A stretch of DNA of 64,000 nt from an uncultured Bacteroidales bacterium (GTDB taxonomy: Bacteria > Bacteroidota > Bacteroidia > Bacteroidales > UBA10428). The notes beneath the pieces are model-generated. The model saw only the letters and a list, made by a program, of their open reading frames with translations. It was not told where the DNA came from and did no database searches. The stretch covers positions 1,659,839-1,723,838 of the forward strand of contig CAWGGG010000004.1 of assembly GCA_963822145.1 (NCBI GenBank), read 5' to 3'. Positions 1-10,912 of the stretch are shown piece after piece. Both the position numbers and the translations under genes were made by a program. Within the stretch, counting starts at the first letter, position 1. Every line of letters begins with the position of its first letter.

Positions 1-1
1 G

Positions 2-2305
2 TTGAGACCCATCCCATTTACGGTCCTTCAAGCGGCGAGCCCCCAGTTACCCAGCTGGGCCGCAAACACCGACTGGTATGATGCCTTTACTGAAAATGCT
101 AGCATTCAGAACTATGACCTGACGCTGTCAGGCGGTACTGATAATGCCCGGTATTTTGCTGGTTTTGGCTATTTCGATCAGAATGGTATCGTAATCCACA
201 CCGGTACTAAAAGATACAGCGGCCGGTTCAATTCGGAATGGACTTTCCTGGACAACCGGGTAAAAGTCGGCGAAAACCTCACCCTTGCTTACCGTTCAAC
301 TCAGGGTGTTGCCAACCTCGGTGAAGGCAGCCCGATCCAGATGGGTTCCTACAGGTCACAGCCTATTATTCCTGTATACTGGACCGACGAACCCTACCAG
401 GGATTATCCCATTTATTTGTTGAAGGTGATTACGGCGGAACCGGTATTGCCCCCAGGTTGGGTAACAACACCCAAGTAGTGGCCAACTTGACGCGAGATA
501 AAGACGACGATTCCTACAACTTCCGCATGGTGGGAAGCGCCTTCGTTGATGTTATGATCATCAAAGGGCTGAATTTCAGATCAACTGTTGGAGGCACCTG
601 GAGTAACGGTTACTATGTAAACTACACCATGGCCACTTATGAGAATTCTGAAAATACTGCTACACCGAATTTAAATGAAGGTTCTGATTATTATTCCGAC
701 TGGGTTTGGACAAACGCCCTGACCTTTGATAAGGTATTCGGTCAGCATAAGATCATTGCTGTTGCCGGATATGAGGCTGTAAAATATGGAATTGGCCGTA
801 ACGTAAGTGCATCACGCGCCGGTTATTTCTCCGATGCAGTAGATTTCCGCACGCTGACGAACGGTGCCACCATCACCGCAGCCAATTCAAATTACTATAC
901 GCCGACAACACTGGTTTCCCTGTTCGCAAAAGCTGACTACAGCTTCATGGACAAGTACCTGGTTAGTGCTACCGTTCGTCGTGACGGTTCCTCCAGGTTT
1001 GGTCCTGACACCCGTTTCGGTGTTTTCCCGTCATTTTCTGCAGCATGGCGTATCGGTGACGAGGCATTCCTTGACGGACTTGCCTGGATATCCGACCTGA
1101 AGATCAGGGGTTCATACGGCACCATGGGTAACCAGCTCGCAGTTGACCCGGCTAACCAGTACTACCTTTACGGAGGTAGCGCAGATCAGTCGTTCTATGA
1201 CCTGAACGGAACAGGCACTTCATCCCTCCAGGGATTCCGCCCGGTTCGTATAGGTAACCCCGATGCAAAATGGGAAACCAACATCACCACCAACATCGGT
1301 TTCGAAGCTGCACTGTGGAACAATAAGGTTGGTATCGTGTTTGACTGGTATACCAAGCAAACCGAGGACCTGCTCTTCAATCCTGAATTACCCGGTACTG
1401 CCGGTAATGCTGCAGCACCCTATATTAACGTTGCTTCCATGTCAAACAAAGGATTAGACATTGAATTAACCTACAAAAACAACTGGGGTGATTTCGGCTT
1501 CAACGGTAGTATCGTATTTACTACTTACAACAATGAAATTACCAAGATTGCTGAAGGTGTTAATTTCTTTGATTCAGGCGGATCCCGCATCGGTTCCTTC
1601 GTAAGAAACCAGGTTGGCCATCCCATGTCTTCCTTCTATGGTTATGAAGTAACTGGCCTGTTCCAGGATCCTACTGAAGTTAGTAACGCTCCTGCACAGG
1701 ACGGCGCTGAACCGGGATTCTTCCGGTATGCCAATACCATTACCAATACCCCCACCGACACTTTGATCGATCCGGGTGACAGAAGGTTTATTGGCGACCC
1801 CAACCCGAAATTCACGTACGGTATTAACCTGGCTTTCACCTATAAGAATTGGGACCTTTCAGCCTTCTTCCTCGGCTCGCAGGGTAACGATATCTTCAAC
1901 TGGAACAAATGGTGGATTGATTTCTGGCCCTCCTTCCAGGGACAGAAGAGCAAGGATCTGCTGTACAACAGCTGGACTCCTGACAATACAGGTACATCGA
2001 TACCCAAGGCTTCGAACAAATCGAACTTCTCTACCAACACCCAGGCCAGCAGTTATTATCTCGAGGACGGTTCCTTCCTGAGGTTGAAAAACCTGCAGCT
2101 GGGCTACACGATCCCGGAAAGCGTCCTGAGTAAAATAAAGGTTAAGAACCTCAGGTTGTATGTACAGGCTGTGAACCTTTTCACCATTACAAAATACTCC
2201 GGACTCGATCCCGAACTTGGCGGTGCTGACACGGATTTTGGTATTGACTCAGGTAACTACCCCACGGTCAAACAGTTCATCTTCGGAATCAATCTTGGTT
2301 TATAA
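2..2305 (+). CDS. SusC-like TonB-dependent outer-membrane receptor, C-terminal 767 aa (5' end cut by window edge)
   Basis: ORF is open to the window edge. It aligns along its length with the full-length SusC at 7751-10897, sharing WAANTDWYDA, SPIQMG.YRSQPIIPVYWT.EPYQGLSHLFVEGDYGGTGIAPRLGN and WPSFQGQKS.DLLYNSW. A SusD gene follows 16 nt downstream. Confidence 0.9.
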   Translation: MRPIPFTVLQAASPQLPSWAANTDWYDAFTENASIQNYDLTLSGGTDNARYFAGFGYFDQNGIVIHTGTKRYSGRFNSEWTFLDNRVKVGENLTLAYRSTQGVANLGEGSPIQMGSYRSQPIIPVYWTDEPYQGLSHLFVEGDYGGTGIAPRLGNNTQVVANLTRDKDDDSYNFRMVGSAFVDVMIIKGLNFRSTVGGTWSNGYYVNYTMATYENSENTATPNLNEGSDYYSDWVWTNALTFDKVFGQHKIIAVAGYEAVKYGIGRNVSASRAGYFSDAVDFRTLTNGATITAANSNYYTPTTLVSLFAKADYSFMDKYLVSATVRRDGSSRFGPDTRFGVFPSFSAAWRIGDEAFLDGLAWISDLKIRGSYGTMGNQLAVDPANQYYLYGGSADQSFYDLNGTGTSSLQGFRPVRIGNPDAKWETNITTNIGFEAALWNNKVGIVFDWYTKQTEDLLFNPELPGTAGNAAAPYINVASMSNKGLDIELTYKNNWGDFGFNGSIVFTTYNNEITKIAEGVNFFDSGGSRIGSFVRNQVGHPMSSFYGYEVTGLFQDPTEVSNAPAQDGAEPGFFRYANTITNTPTDTLIDPGDRRFIGDPNPKFTYGINLAFTYKNWDLSAFFLGSQGNDIFNWNKWWIDFWPSFQGQKSKDLLYNSWTPDNTGTSIPKASNKSNFSTNTQASSYYLEDGSFLRLKNLQLGYTIPESVLSKIKVKNLRLYVQAVNLFTITKYSGLDPELGGADTDFGIDSGNYPTVKQFIFGINLGL

Positions 2306-2321
2306 TTAAAAACTCTAGCAT

Positions 2322-4061
2322 ATGAAAAAGAATCACACTTTATTAATAATGATCCTTGCTGTATTCGGTTTACTGGGTGCATGCAAAGAGGAATTTCTTG
2401 AGATCACTCCAAAGGGTAGTCTTGACCAATCGGTGCTCGCGACCGACGATGGCATCCACGCCCTTTTGATAGGAGCGTATTCAATGCTTGACGGCGTTAA
2501 TTCTTCATTCGGCTGGGAGGCAGCTTCTTCCAACTGGGTATATGGTGATATCCGTGGCATGGTGGGTAACAAAGGAACTGACGCAGGTGACCAGCCTGAC
2601 ATCAACCCCTTGCAAACCTTCTCCGAATCTGCGACAAATCCGTATATTAATGTTAAATGGAGATCGGTTTATGAAGCAATTTCGAGGTGCAACAGTGCCA
2701 TCCAGACCACCAATCTGGCTCTGGGCAATGGTGCTATCACCCAGGAAAATGCTGATTCCTACATCAAACAGGCCAGGGCGCTGCGTGGCTGGTATCATTT
2801 CGAAGCATGGAGAATGTGGGCAGGAAAAATTCCCTATGTGGATGAGAATACCGATCAGGCTACCCTTACCAACACCGAAGATGTAAGAGACAAGATCATT
2901 GCGGACCTTACCGAAGGTACAACGCTGCCCAATAATATGGGTCAGGTTGGCCGTTTCAACGGTACTGTTTGCAAAGTGCTTCTTGCTAAAGCCTTGATGC
3001 AGATGAACCAGGATTGGTCCGGTGCCTTAGACCTGCTGGAAAGTGCCAAAACCGGTACCAAACCCAATGGTCAGCCCATCGGCCTTGCTCCGACCTATGG
3101 TGAGGTATTTGATATCGTAAACCGTAACGGAGTTGAGTCTGTTTACACTGTTCAGTATTCCGTTAACGACGGTTCCGGCGCATGGAACGGCGGTTGGGGT
3201 GAAGTATTGAACTTCCCTTACAAAAGTGGTGGTTCCCCCGGCGGTTGCTGCGGATTCTTCCAGGCAACACAGGAGTACGTAAACTCTTTCAGAACCTCAG
3301 GTGGATTGCCGCTGCTGGATTACACCTACAACGATGATCCGGTTCTCAATGACTACGGTTTGACTCCCAGTGATCCTTCCTATGTGGAAGATCCGGGAGA
3401 ACTCGATCCGAGACTTGACTGGAGCGTTGGCAGAAGGGGAATTCCTTACTGGGATTGGGGTGTACATACAGGTTCCGACTGGATCCGTGATCAGTCCTAT
3501 GCCGGTCCGTTCAGCCCAAAGAAACAGGTGTATAAAAAATCACAGGAAGGTCAGTATACCGAGGTTGGTAACTGGACCTCAGGCTGGACTGCCAATGGAT
3601 ACCGCATGATCCGTTATGCTGATATCCTGCTCCTTATTGCAGAATGCCAGATTGAGACTAACGACCTGGCCGGTGCCTTTGATAATATTAACCTGGTACG
3701 CGCCAGGGCAGCCAATCCCGACGGCTTTGTTAAAGAAGCTGACGGCACCACGCCGGCTGCCAATTACGTTATCGCTGAGTATCCGTCTGCTTCCGCATAT
3801 CCGTTCGATACCCCGGCCAATGCCCGCCTTGCCCTTCGCATGGAGAGAAAACTCGAACTCGGAATGGAAGGCCACAGATGGTTCGACCTGAACCGCTGGG
3901 GCATTACCCAGACCGAACTCACCAGGGTACTGAATTATGAAAAAACCATGCCCTGGGGTAATTCCATGTACGGCAGCGCTACCATTGGTCCCGAAGATGC
4001 CAGTTTCCCGATCCCGCAGCGTCAGATTGACCTGGCCAACGGTAATCTGGTGCAGCGGTAG
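2322..4061 (+). CDS. SusD/RagB-family outer-membrane lipoprotein
   Basis: Lipoprotein signal (MKKNHTLLIMILAVFGLLGAC). Lies directly downstream of SusC. Paralog of the SusD genes at 10913-12817 and 12858-14606, sharing RGWYHFEAWRMW, NMGQVGRFN, YTVQYSVNDGSG.WNGGWGEVLNFPYK and GNWTSGWTANGYRMIRYAD. Confidence 0.9.
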   Translation: MKKNHTLLIMILAVFGLLGACKEEFLEITPKGSLDQSVLATDDGIHALLIGAYSMLDGVNSSFGWEAASSNWVYGDIRGMVGNKGTDAGDQPDINPLQTFSESATNPYINVKWRSVYEAISRCNSAIQTTNLALGNGAITQENADSYIKQARALRGWYHFEAWRMWAGKIPYVDENTDQATLTNTEDVRDKIIADLTEGTTLPNNMGQVGRFNGTVCKVLLAKALMQMNQDWSGALDLLESAKTGTKPNGQPIGLAPTYGEVFDIVNRNGVESVYTVQYSVNDGSGAWNGGWGEVLNFPYKSGGSPGGCCGFFQATQEYVNSFRTSGGLPLLDYTYNDDPVLNDYGLTPSDPSYVEDPGELDPRLDWSVGRRGIPYWDWGVHTGSDWIRDQSYAGPFSPKKQVYKKSQEGQYTEVGNWTSGWTANGYRMIRYADILLLIAECQIETNDLAGAFDNINLVRARAANPDGFVKEADGTTPAANYVIAEYPSASAYPFDTPANARLALRMERKLELGMEGHRWFDLNRWGITQTELTRVLNYEKTMPWGNSMYGSATIGPEDASFPIPQRQIDLANGNLVQR

Positions 4062-4092
4062 TATTTCCATACTGTATAGTATTTTATTCTCT

Positions 4093-4127
4093 AAAGACCC
4101 CGCATATGCGGGGTCTTTACTTTTTTT
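4093..4127 (+). terminator. Rho-independent terminator after SusD
   Basis: Perfect hairpin aaagaccccgca/tgcggggtcttt (4093-4118, 12-bp stem, 2-nt loop) followed by a T7 run at 4121-4127. It starts 32 nt after the SusD stop codon. Confidence 0.75.
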
Positions 4128-4172
4128 ATATATTTACAGGATTTCAATAAATACCTGTAATATTAGCTGAGC

Positions 4173-7100
4173 ATGAGAATTTTTTTGTTGCCTGTAATTG
4201 CCGGAGTTTTCATCTCCTGCTCCCAGTCCCCGCGGTTCGAGCTGTTAAGTTCCAGAAAAACCGGAATAGTGTTCAACAATACTGTCGTCGAAACCGACAG
4301 CTTTCACATCATGAGCTATGAATACATTTATAACGGTGCCGGCGTTGGTATCGGCGACCTGAACAATGATGGACTACAGGACATCATTTTTGCCGGGAAC
4401 CAGGTTTCACCGCGTGTTTACCTCAATACAGGCAATTTCAAATTCAAAGACATCACCGCCAATTTTGCAGGACTGACCAACAACCAGTGGTACAGCGGCG
4501 TCACGCTGGTGGATATTAACAGCGACAACATGCTGGATGTTTATCTTACTTCAACCGCTGATAAAAATCCTGAGAAATGCAAGAACAGGCTGTGGATCAA
4601 CCAGGGAGCCAAAGAGGGCTCAGATCCCATTTTCAAGGAGATGGCCGAGCAATACGGCATAGCGGAAAATGGCCAGAGTGTTAACGCTGCCTTTTTTGAT
4701 TATGACCGGGATGGTGATCTTGATCTCTATGTACTGAATAACACGGTAACTCAAAGGATGAACACCTCCTACCGGCCCAAAGTAACCGACGGAAGCGCAC
4801 AGAACAATGACAGGCTTTACCGGAATAACGGCGATGGCACCTTCACCGACGTGACGATCGAGGCAGGAATTGTATATGAGGGATTTGGACTTGGACTGGC
4901 CATCGGTGACGTGAATAAGGACGGTTATCCGGATATTTATGTTTCCAATGACTACATCTCCAACGATCTGCTTTACATCAACCAGGGTGACGGCACTTTC
5001 CGCAATGAAATTAAAAAGTACATATCCTACCAGACCAAATCTTCTATGGGCAATGACATGGCCGACATCAACAATGATGGCAACCCGGAAATGTTTACCC
5101 TCGACATGATGCCAGAGTATTTCTACAAGAAAAGACAAACCATCAACGGGTTCAGCTACATTTTTTATGTAAATGATGAAAAATACGGCTATGAACACCA
5201 GTACCTGAGGAACATGCTCCACCTGCACAACGGATTTATGAACGGGGAAATGCTGCCATACAGCGAGGTGGGTCAGCTGATGGGTATTTACCAGACCGAA
5301 TGGAGCTGGTCTCCCCTGTTTGCCGACTATGACAATGACGGCGACAAGGACCTGATCATCGCAAACGGGTATCCCAGGGATTTGACCGATAAGGACTGGA
5401 CACGCTATAAAGCCGATGTATATGGATTCCTCGCTTCGGAGAAACAGGTTATTGAAAAGGCACCGGCCGTAAAAGTACCCAATATAGCCTTTGAAAACAC
5501 CGGCAACCTGCAATTCACACAGCGTACCAGGGAATGGCTGCCTGACCTGCCCTCCTATTCCTATGGTGCTTCTTTTGTGGATCTTGACAATGACGGTGAC
5601 CTCGATTACGTTTCCAACAATCTTAATGATATAGCCTTTATCTACAGGAACAATACCCGGGAGAAATCCAAAGACAAATCTAATTATTTAAGGATCAGGC
5701 TTATTGGTAACAAGGGGAATACCCTGGCCTTAGGCGCCAAAGTTGAATTGTGGAGCCAGGGCAATTACCAGTTTTCCGAACACTTTCTTACCAGGGGCTA
5801 TGCCTCCTCCGTTGATCCTGTCATGCACTTCGGCCTTGGGAAAAATGCCACTGCTGATTCCGTTAAGGTAACCTGGCCGGCAAGCAATAACATATCTGTA
5901 ATGAAGAACGTTGCTGTCAACCAGATCATTGATATCGATGAAGCGCAGTCACAGCCCGCTGTTAGCAAAAGAAGACCCGGGAAGGATAATACCCTGCTTT
6001 TTGAAAAGCGGGATAATCTTTTGAACTATGTGCACGAACAAACTGATTTTATCGATTTCTTCGGAAACCAGAATATTATCCCGCACAAGTTCTCCCAGAT
6101 CGGTCCCATTATGGCCCAGGGTGACCTGGATGGCGATGGGCAGCATGACCTGATCATTGGGGCTACCAATAAACTGCCAACAACGGTGCTGCTGAGAAAA
6201 GGCAATGGCTTTACAAAAGCTGAATTTCCCGGCCTGACCACACCCAGGGCCTTTTCCGAATCCGACCTTGCCATTGTGGATATCGACGGGGACGGGGATC
6301 GGGATGTTGTGGCCGTCGCCGGTGGCTATGAAAACAATGATGAAAAAGAATACCAGCATTTCCTGTATGAAAACAGGAATGGTTCCTTCATCAGAACACC
6401 ATTGCCATTGCCTGCATTTCCCGCATCGGTGATTCGGCCATGCGATTTTGATCACGACGGTGATATGGACCTGTTTATCGGGGCACGCATCAAAAAAGGC
6501 ATGTTCCCCTATTCCAACCATTCCTGGCTGGTAATCAATGATAAGGGCAAGTTATCGGCAACAGATGCTTCGAAATTGAACCTGGGTATGGTTACCGATG
6601 CCATATGGACCGATTACGACGGGGATGGCTGGGAAGACCTGCTGGTGGCCCGGGAATGGAACTCGCTCGTAATCCTCAAGAATATGAAAGGCCAGGAATT
6701 TGTTCCCCAGGACATACCTGCACTGGAGGACCAGCATGGAATATGGTATGGCCTCGCTGCAGGGGATTTCGACCAGGATGGCGATGATGACTATATTGCA
6801 GGCAATCTGGGCGATAACCACCGTTTCACGGTCAGCGACCAGTACCCCATGCAGCTTTATGCCATTGACCTTGATAATGACGGCAACATCGATCCGCTTA
6901 CTACGGCCTACTGGAAGGATAAGACCGATGTGATGAAGGAATACCCCATCAATTATCTCGATGAACTATGGGCACAATCCACCTTTTTCCAGAAAAAGTA
7001 TACCAATTATACTGATTTCAGTTATAGCAATGTCAGTGAAATACTGGATGATGCCATGCTGAAACGGCTGGAATTCAAACTCCGGGTCAATACTACCTCC

Positions 7101-7466
7101 AGTTACATCATATGGAATGACAAAGGGAAACTGAAATGGGAAAAGCTTCCCGGAACATTGCAGGAGTCCCCCGTTAAAAAGATGATCGTAAGGGATTTTA
7201 ACGGCGACAAGTACCCCGATGTACTGCTGGCCGGCAATGACTATACCTATGATGTAGCCACGGGTTACTACGATGCCAATAAGGGCATCGTCCTGCTGAA
7301 CAAGGGTAAGGGCCAGCAAGGATTTGACCTGCTCACCCCTTCAAAAAGCGGCATACTGCTGCAGGGCATGGTGGAGTCGCTTCAGTATTTTGATGGAGAT
7401 ACAGCGCTGATCGTGGCAGGGATCAATCGAAACAAAGCGCTGGTATACAAACAGGTAAGGCCGTGA
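4173..7466 (+). CDS. FG-GAP/VCBS-repeat + ASPIC/UnbV domain lipoprotein (CRTAC1-like), 1097 aa
   Basis: Lipobox (VFISC). Many Ca-binding-type DxDxDGxxD repeats (DYDRDGDLDLY, DYDNDGDKDLI, DLDNDGDLDYV, DIDGDGDRDVV). Central ASPIC/UnbV-like segment (LGAKVELWSQG...DPVMHFGLGKNATADSVKVTWP). Confidence 0.85.
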   Translation: MRIFLLPVIAGVFISCSQSPRFELLSSRKTGIVFNNTVVETDSFHIMSYEYIYNGAGVGIGDLNNDGLQDIIFAGNQVSPRVYLNTGNFKFKDITANFAGLTNNQWYSGVTLVDINSDNMLDVYLTSTADKNPEKCKNRLWINQGAKEGSDPIFKEMAEQYGIAENGQSVNAAFFDYDRDGDLDLYVLNNTVTQRMNTSYRPKVTDGSAQNNDRLYRNNGDGTFTDVTIEAGIVYEGFGLGLAIGDVNKDGYPDIYVSNDYISNDLLYINQGDGTFRNEIKKYISYQTKSSMGNDMADINNDGNPEMFTLDMMPEYFYKKRQTINGFSYIFYVNDEKYGYEHQYLRNMLHLHNGFMNGEMLPYSEVGQLMGIYQTEWSWSPLFADYDNDGDKDLIIANGYPRDLTDKDWTRYKADVYGFLASEKQVIEKAPAVKVPNIAFENTGNLQFTQRTREWLPDLPSYSYGASFVDLDNDGDLDYVSNNLNDIAFIYRNNTREKSKDKSNYLRIRLIGNKGNTLALGAKVELWSQGNYQFSEHFLTRGYASSVDPVMHFGLGKNATADSVKVTWPASNNISVMKNVAVNQIIDIDEAQSQPAVSKRRPGKDNTLLFEKRDNLLNYVHEQTDFIDFFGNQNIIPHKFSQIGPIMAQGDLDGDGQHDLIIGATNKLPTTVLLRKGNGFTKAEFPGLTTPRAFSESDLAIVDIDGDGDRDVVAVAGGYENNDEKEYQHFLYENRNGSFIRTPLPLPAFPASVIRPCDFDHDGDMDLFIGARIKKGMFPYSNHSWLVINDKGKLSATDASKLNLGMVTDAIWTDYDGDGWEDLLVAREWNSLVILKNMKGQEFVPQDIPALEDQHGIWYGLAAGDFDQDGDDDYIAGNLGDNHRFTVSDQYPMQLYAIDLDNDGNIDPLTTAYWKDKTDVMKEYPINYLDELWAQSTFFQKKYTNYTDFSYSNVSEILDDAMLKRLEFKLRVNTTSSYIIWNDKGKLKWEKLPGTLQESPVKKMIVRDFNGDKYPDVLLAGNDYTYDVATGYYDANKGIVLLNKGKGQQGFDLLTPSKSGILLQGMVESLQYFDGDTALIVAGINRNKALVYKQVRP

Positions 7467-7750
7467 TTGCAAAGATTATCGACTGCAGCTTTGTACTTTA
7501 GGACGGTACTATTTTCACATAGTATCTTCATTTCATATTTATCGTAAAAAAAAATTCTGATATACCGTAGTTTTTTATAACTTTCGTAATTCGGATAAAG
7601 GCAGATCTACCGGAAACATGATGGTTATGGGATGTTATTCAGGTGCAAAATATCCCGGTAGTATTGCAATGATGGATCCTTGTTGGATTTAATGTTTATC
7701 GGTTCCAGCTGAGTGCCATTTTTAATTACATATCAGAAAAATAATTCACC

Positions 7751-10700
7751 ATGTTTAAAATTACCAGGGAACGGTTCATACCGTTGTTATTACTCCTTGC
7801 AATAATGTTACCGGGCAATGGTTATGCCCAGGAAAGAACCATTACCGGTACCGTCCTGTCAGAAAGCGGTGATCCTTTGCCGGATGTTACAGTTAAACTG
7901 CAGAAAACGGACATCAGCACGATTACCGATGCCAACGGTGCGTTCAGCATCATGGTGCCGGGACCCGAGGCGCTCCTGTCCTTCTCCACGATTGGGTATA
8001 GGTATCGCGACATAACGGTTGGTACACTGCCAACAGTTGATATAGTGCTGGTAAAAAACCCCGGAGCCTTGCCGGATGCGCTGATCACCAGCTACACCAT
8101 GCAGGACAGGGGGGACATTACAGGTTCGGTTGCGGCAACAGCTCCTTACCGGCTCACCGTCATACCCGTTGGAAATGTCAGCAACCAGCTGCAGGGAAGG
8201 CTTACGGGTGTCAGCGTCATTGGTTCCGGGCAGCCCGGGACTACCTCCCGGGTAAGGATCAGGGGATTCGGTTCCCTGCTGAACAACGAGCCATTGTATG
8301 TTGTGGACGGTGTCCCCACCCAGGATATTGCATCCCTCAACCCGGCCGATGTTGCCTCGCTCTGCGTGCTCAAGGATGCCGGCGCTGCGGCGATATACGG
8401 ATCCAGGGCCTCCAACGGCGTGATCATCATTTCCACCAAAACCGGTAGCAAGGGTGTCAAAGTCACGTATGACATGTTTGCCGGCACCCAGAAGCCCGGT
8501 GATGGCCCCACGAAGGACCTGCTTAATGCACAGGAGTATGCCGACTTGCAGTGGTTGGTTTACGCCAATGACGGAACCAGTGAAACGCACCCCATCTATG
8601 GTCCTTCTACCAATCCCGAGCCCACCCTGCCATATTGGGCAGCCAATACGGATTGGTACGATGCCATCACCGAACCTGCAGGCATTCAGAACCACGACCT
8701 GACCCTCTCGGGTGGCACCGATAAAGGCAACTACTTTGTGGGAATGGGCTATTTCAAACAGGAGGGGATTATCATCCACACCCATTCCGAACGGTTCAGC
8801 GCCCGGTTCAATTCCAACTGGACCTTCCTGGATGACCGGCTCAAGCTCGGAGAACGCCTCACCGTAACCTACCAATCGAACCTGGGTGTGGCCAACCTGT
8901 CTGAGAGCAGCCCCATCCAGATGGGCCCATACCGGTCGCAGCCGATCATCCCGGTTTACTGGACCGGTGAGCCCTACCAGGGTTTATCGCATTTATTCGT
9001 GGAAGGTGATTACGGGGGAACGGGTATTGCCCCGAGATTAGGAAACAGTACCAATGTTTATGCTGATCTGACCCGTGACAAGGACGACCAGTTCCACAAC
9101 CTCCGGATGATTGGCAGCGCCTATGCCGAGATCAGGCTCCTGGAGGGATTGCACTTCCGCTCTACCGTGGGAGGTACCTGGAACAACGGTTACGGGGTGA
9201 ACTACACCTATGCCACCTATGAAAACTCAGAGAATATCTACAATCCCAGTCTGGTTGAAAACGCCTACTGGGGCTCCGACTGGGTATGGACCAACCTGCT
9301 GACCTTCAACAGGACCTTCGGAATTCACAAGATCCTGGCCTTTGCGGGATATGAAGTGTTGAAGTATGGCATCGGACGTGACATGGATGCCAAACGGACC
9401 GGCTATTTCTCCGACGCCGTGGACTACCGCACACTAACCAACGGGGCGGTCATTTCCGCTGCCAATTCCAATTATTATACGCCCACGCAAATGGCCTCCA
9501 TTTTTATCAGGGCGGACTATGCGTTGATGGACCGTTACCTGCTGAGCGCCAGCGTGCGCAGTGATGGCTGCTCCCTCTTCCCCGAATCGGATCAGTACGG
9601 CGTCTTTTCCTCTTTTTCAGCGGGATGGCGCATCAGCAATGAAGCATTCTTTAGCAACATCCGCTGGATCAATGATTTGAAAATAAGAGGTTCCTACGGT
9701 ACCATGGGCAATCAGTTTGCCCTGTCACCCATGAACGCCTCCTACATCTTCGCAAGCGATCCCACTTCTTCCTATTACGACCTGAACGGAACGGGGAATT
9801 CTTCGCTCCCGGGCTTTTATGCCCTTCGGCTGGGGAATCCCGATGCTACCTGGGAAACCAACACTACCACAAACATTGGTTTTGATGCCCGGTTAATAAA
9901 AAACACCGTTGCCATTATATTCGATTGGTATCAAAAAGAGACGCAGGATCTCCTGTTCCTCGCCGACCTGCCCCAAAGCGTGGGCAACGCAACCGCTCCT
10001 TTTATGAACGTCGCAGCCATGATGAATTCCGGCGTTGACCTGGAACTGTCTTATCAGAATCTATGGGGTAACTTTGGTTTTAGCGGCAGTCTGCAGTTCA
10101 CTACTTACAACAACGAGATTACCAAGCTGGTTGAAGGCACCGAGTATTTTGACAGCGGCTCCCTGAGAATTGGAGGTCCTGTCAGGAACCAGGAAGGACA
10201 TCCGCTTTCATCCTTCTACGGCTATCGTGTACAGGGTTTATTTCAATCCCAGACCGAAGTAGAAAACGCTCCCGTTCAGGACGGGGCAGAACCGGGTTTT
10301 TTCAGGTTTGCCAATAATGATACCACCTCAAATTATTACTATGATGGAAGCCAGCTTATAACTCCTCTGGACAGGACCTTCATCGGTGATCCCAATCCGA
10401 ATTACACCTACGGTCTGGACCTGTCTTTCACTTACAAGTGCTTCGACCTGGGTATATTCCTGTACGGATCCAAAGGCAATGACATCTTCAACTACAACAA
10501 ATGGTGGACCGATTTCTGGCCTTCCTTTCAGGGACAGAAGAGCCATGACCTTCTGTACAACAGCTGGTCCACATTTAACACAGGGACTTCAACTCCCAAA
10601 GCCTCGAATAAATCGAATTTTTCAACCAATACACAGATTTGCAGCTATTACATCGAAGATGGCTCTTACCTCAGGTTGAAAAGCCTTCAGCTGGGTTTTA

Positions 10701-10897
10701 CGGTCCCGCCCAGGCACCTGAATAAAACGGGTATCAAATCGCTCCGGGTCTACCTGCAGGGGGTGAACCTTTTTACCATCACGGACTATTCCGGACTTGA
10801 CCCAGAACTGGGCGGAAGCGACTGGAGCTTTGGCATTGATTACGGCAACTACCCCAGTGCCAAACAGTTCCTTTTCGGATTTAATCTAACACTGTAA
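7751..10897 (+). CDS. SusC-like TonB-dependent receptor, full length (1048 aa)
   Basis: Signal peptide, then an N-terminal carboxypeptidase-regulatory-like domain (ITGTVLSESGDPLPDVTVKLQ), a plug region and a beta-barrel. Paralog of 2-2305. Followed directly by SusD genes. Confidence 0.93.
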   Translation: MFKITRERFIPLLLLLAIMLPGNGYAQERTITGTVLSESGDPLPDVTVKLQKTDISTITDANGAFSIMVPGPEALLSFSTIGYRYRDITVGTLPTVDIVLVKNPGALPDALITSYTMQDRGDITGSVAATAPYRLTVIPVGNVSNQLQGRLTGVSVIGSGQPGTTSRVRIRGFGSLLNNEPLYVVDGVPTQDIASLNPADVASLCVLKDAGAAAIYGSRASNGVIIISTKTGSKGVKVTYDMFAGTQKPGDGPTKDLLNAQEYADLQWLVYANDGTSETHPIYGPSTNPEPTLPYWAANTDWYDAITEPAGIQNHDLTLSGGTDKGNYFVGMGYFKQEGIIIHTHSERFSARFNSNWTFLDDRLKLGERLTVTYQSNLGVANLSESSPIQMGPYRSQPIIPVYWTGEPYQGLSHLFVEGDYGGTGIAPRLGNSTNVYADLTRDKDDQFHNLRMIGSAYAEIRLLEGLHFRSTVGGTWNNGYGVNYTYATYENSENIYNPSLVENAYWGSDWVWTNLLTFNRTFGIHKILAFAGYEVLKYGIGRDMDAKRTGYFSDAVDYRTLTNGAVISAANSNYYTPTQMASIFIRADYALMDRYLLSASVRSDGCSLFPESDQYGVFSSFSAGWRISNEAFFSNIRWINDLKIRGSYGTMGNQFALSPMNASYIFASDPTSSYYDLNGTGNSSLPGFYALRLGNPDATWETNTTTNIGFDARLIKNTVAIIFDWYQKETQDLLFLADLPQSVGNATAPFMNVAAMMNSGVDLELSYQNLWGNFGFSGSLQFTTYNNEITKLVEGTEYFDSGSLRIGGPVRNQEGHPLSSFYGYRVQGLFQSQTEVENAPVQDGAEPGFFRFANNDTTSNYYYDGSQLITPLDRTFIGDPNPNYTYGLDLSFTYKCFDLGIFLYGSKGNDIFNYNKWWTDFWPSFQGQKSHDLLYNSWSTFNTGTSTPKASNKSNFSTNTQICSYYIEDGSYLRLKSLQLGFTVPPRHLNKTGIKSLRVYLQGVNLFTITDYSGLDPELGGSDWSFGIDYGNYPSAKQFLFGFNLTL

Positions 10898-10912
10898 TTG
10901 AAACAATATCCC

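Noticed and set aside
4620-5513. Long antisense ORFs inside large genes (for example 4620-5513, 5949-6521, 7859-8875, 43791-44435, 58617-59621 on the minus strand, and 37050-37548 on the plus strand).
   Set aside because: They lie entirely within, and opposite to, genes with strong family signatures. They have low-complexity or odd composition and no recognisable motifs, which is typical of shadow ORFs.
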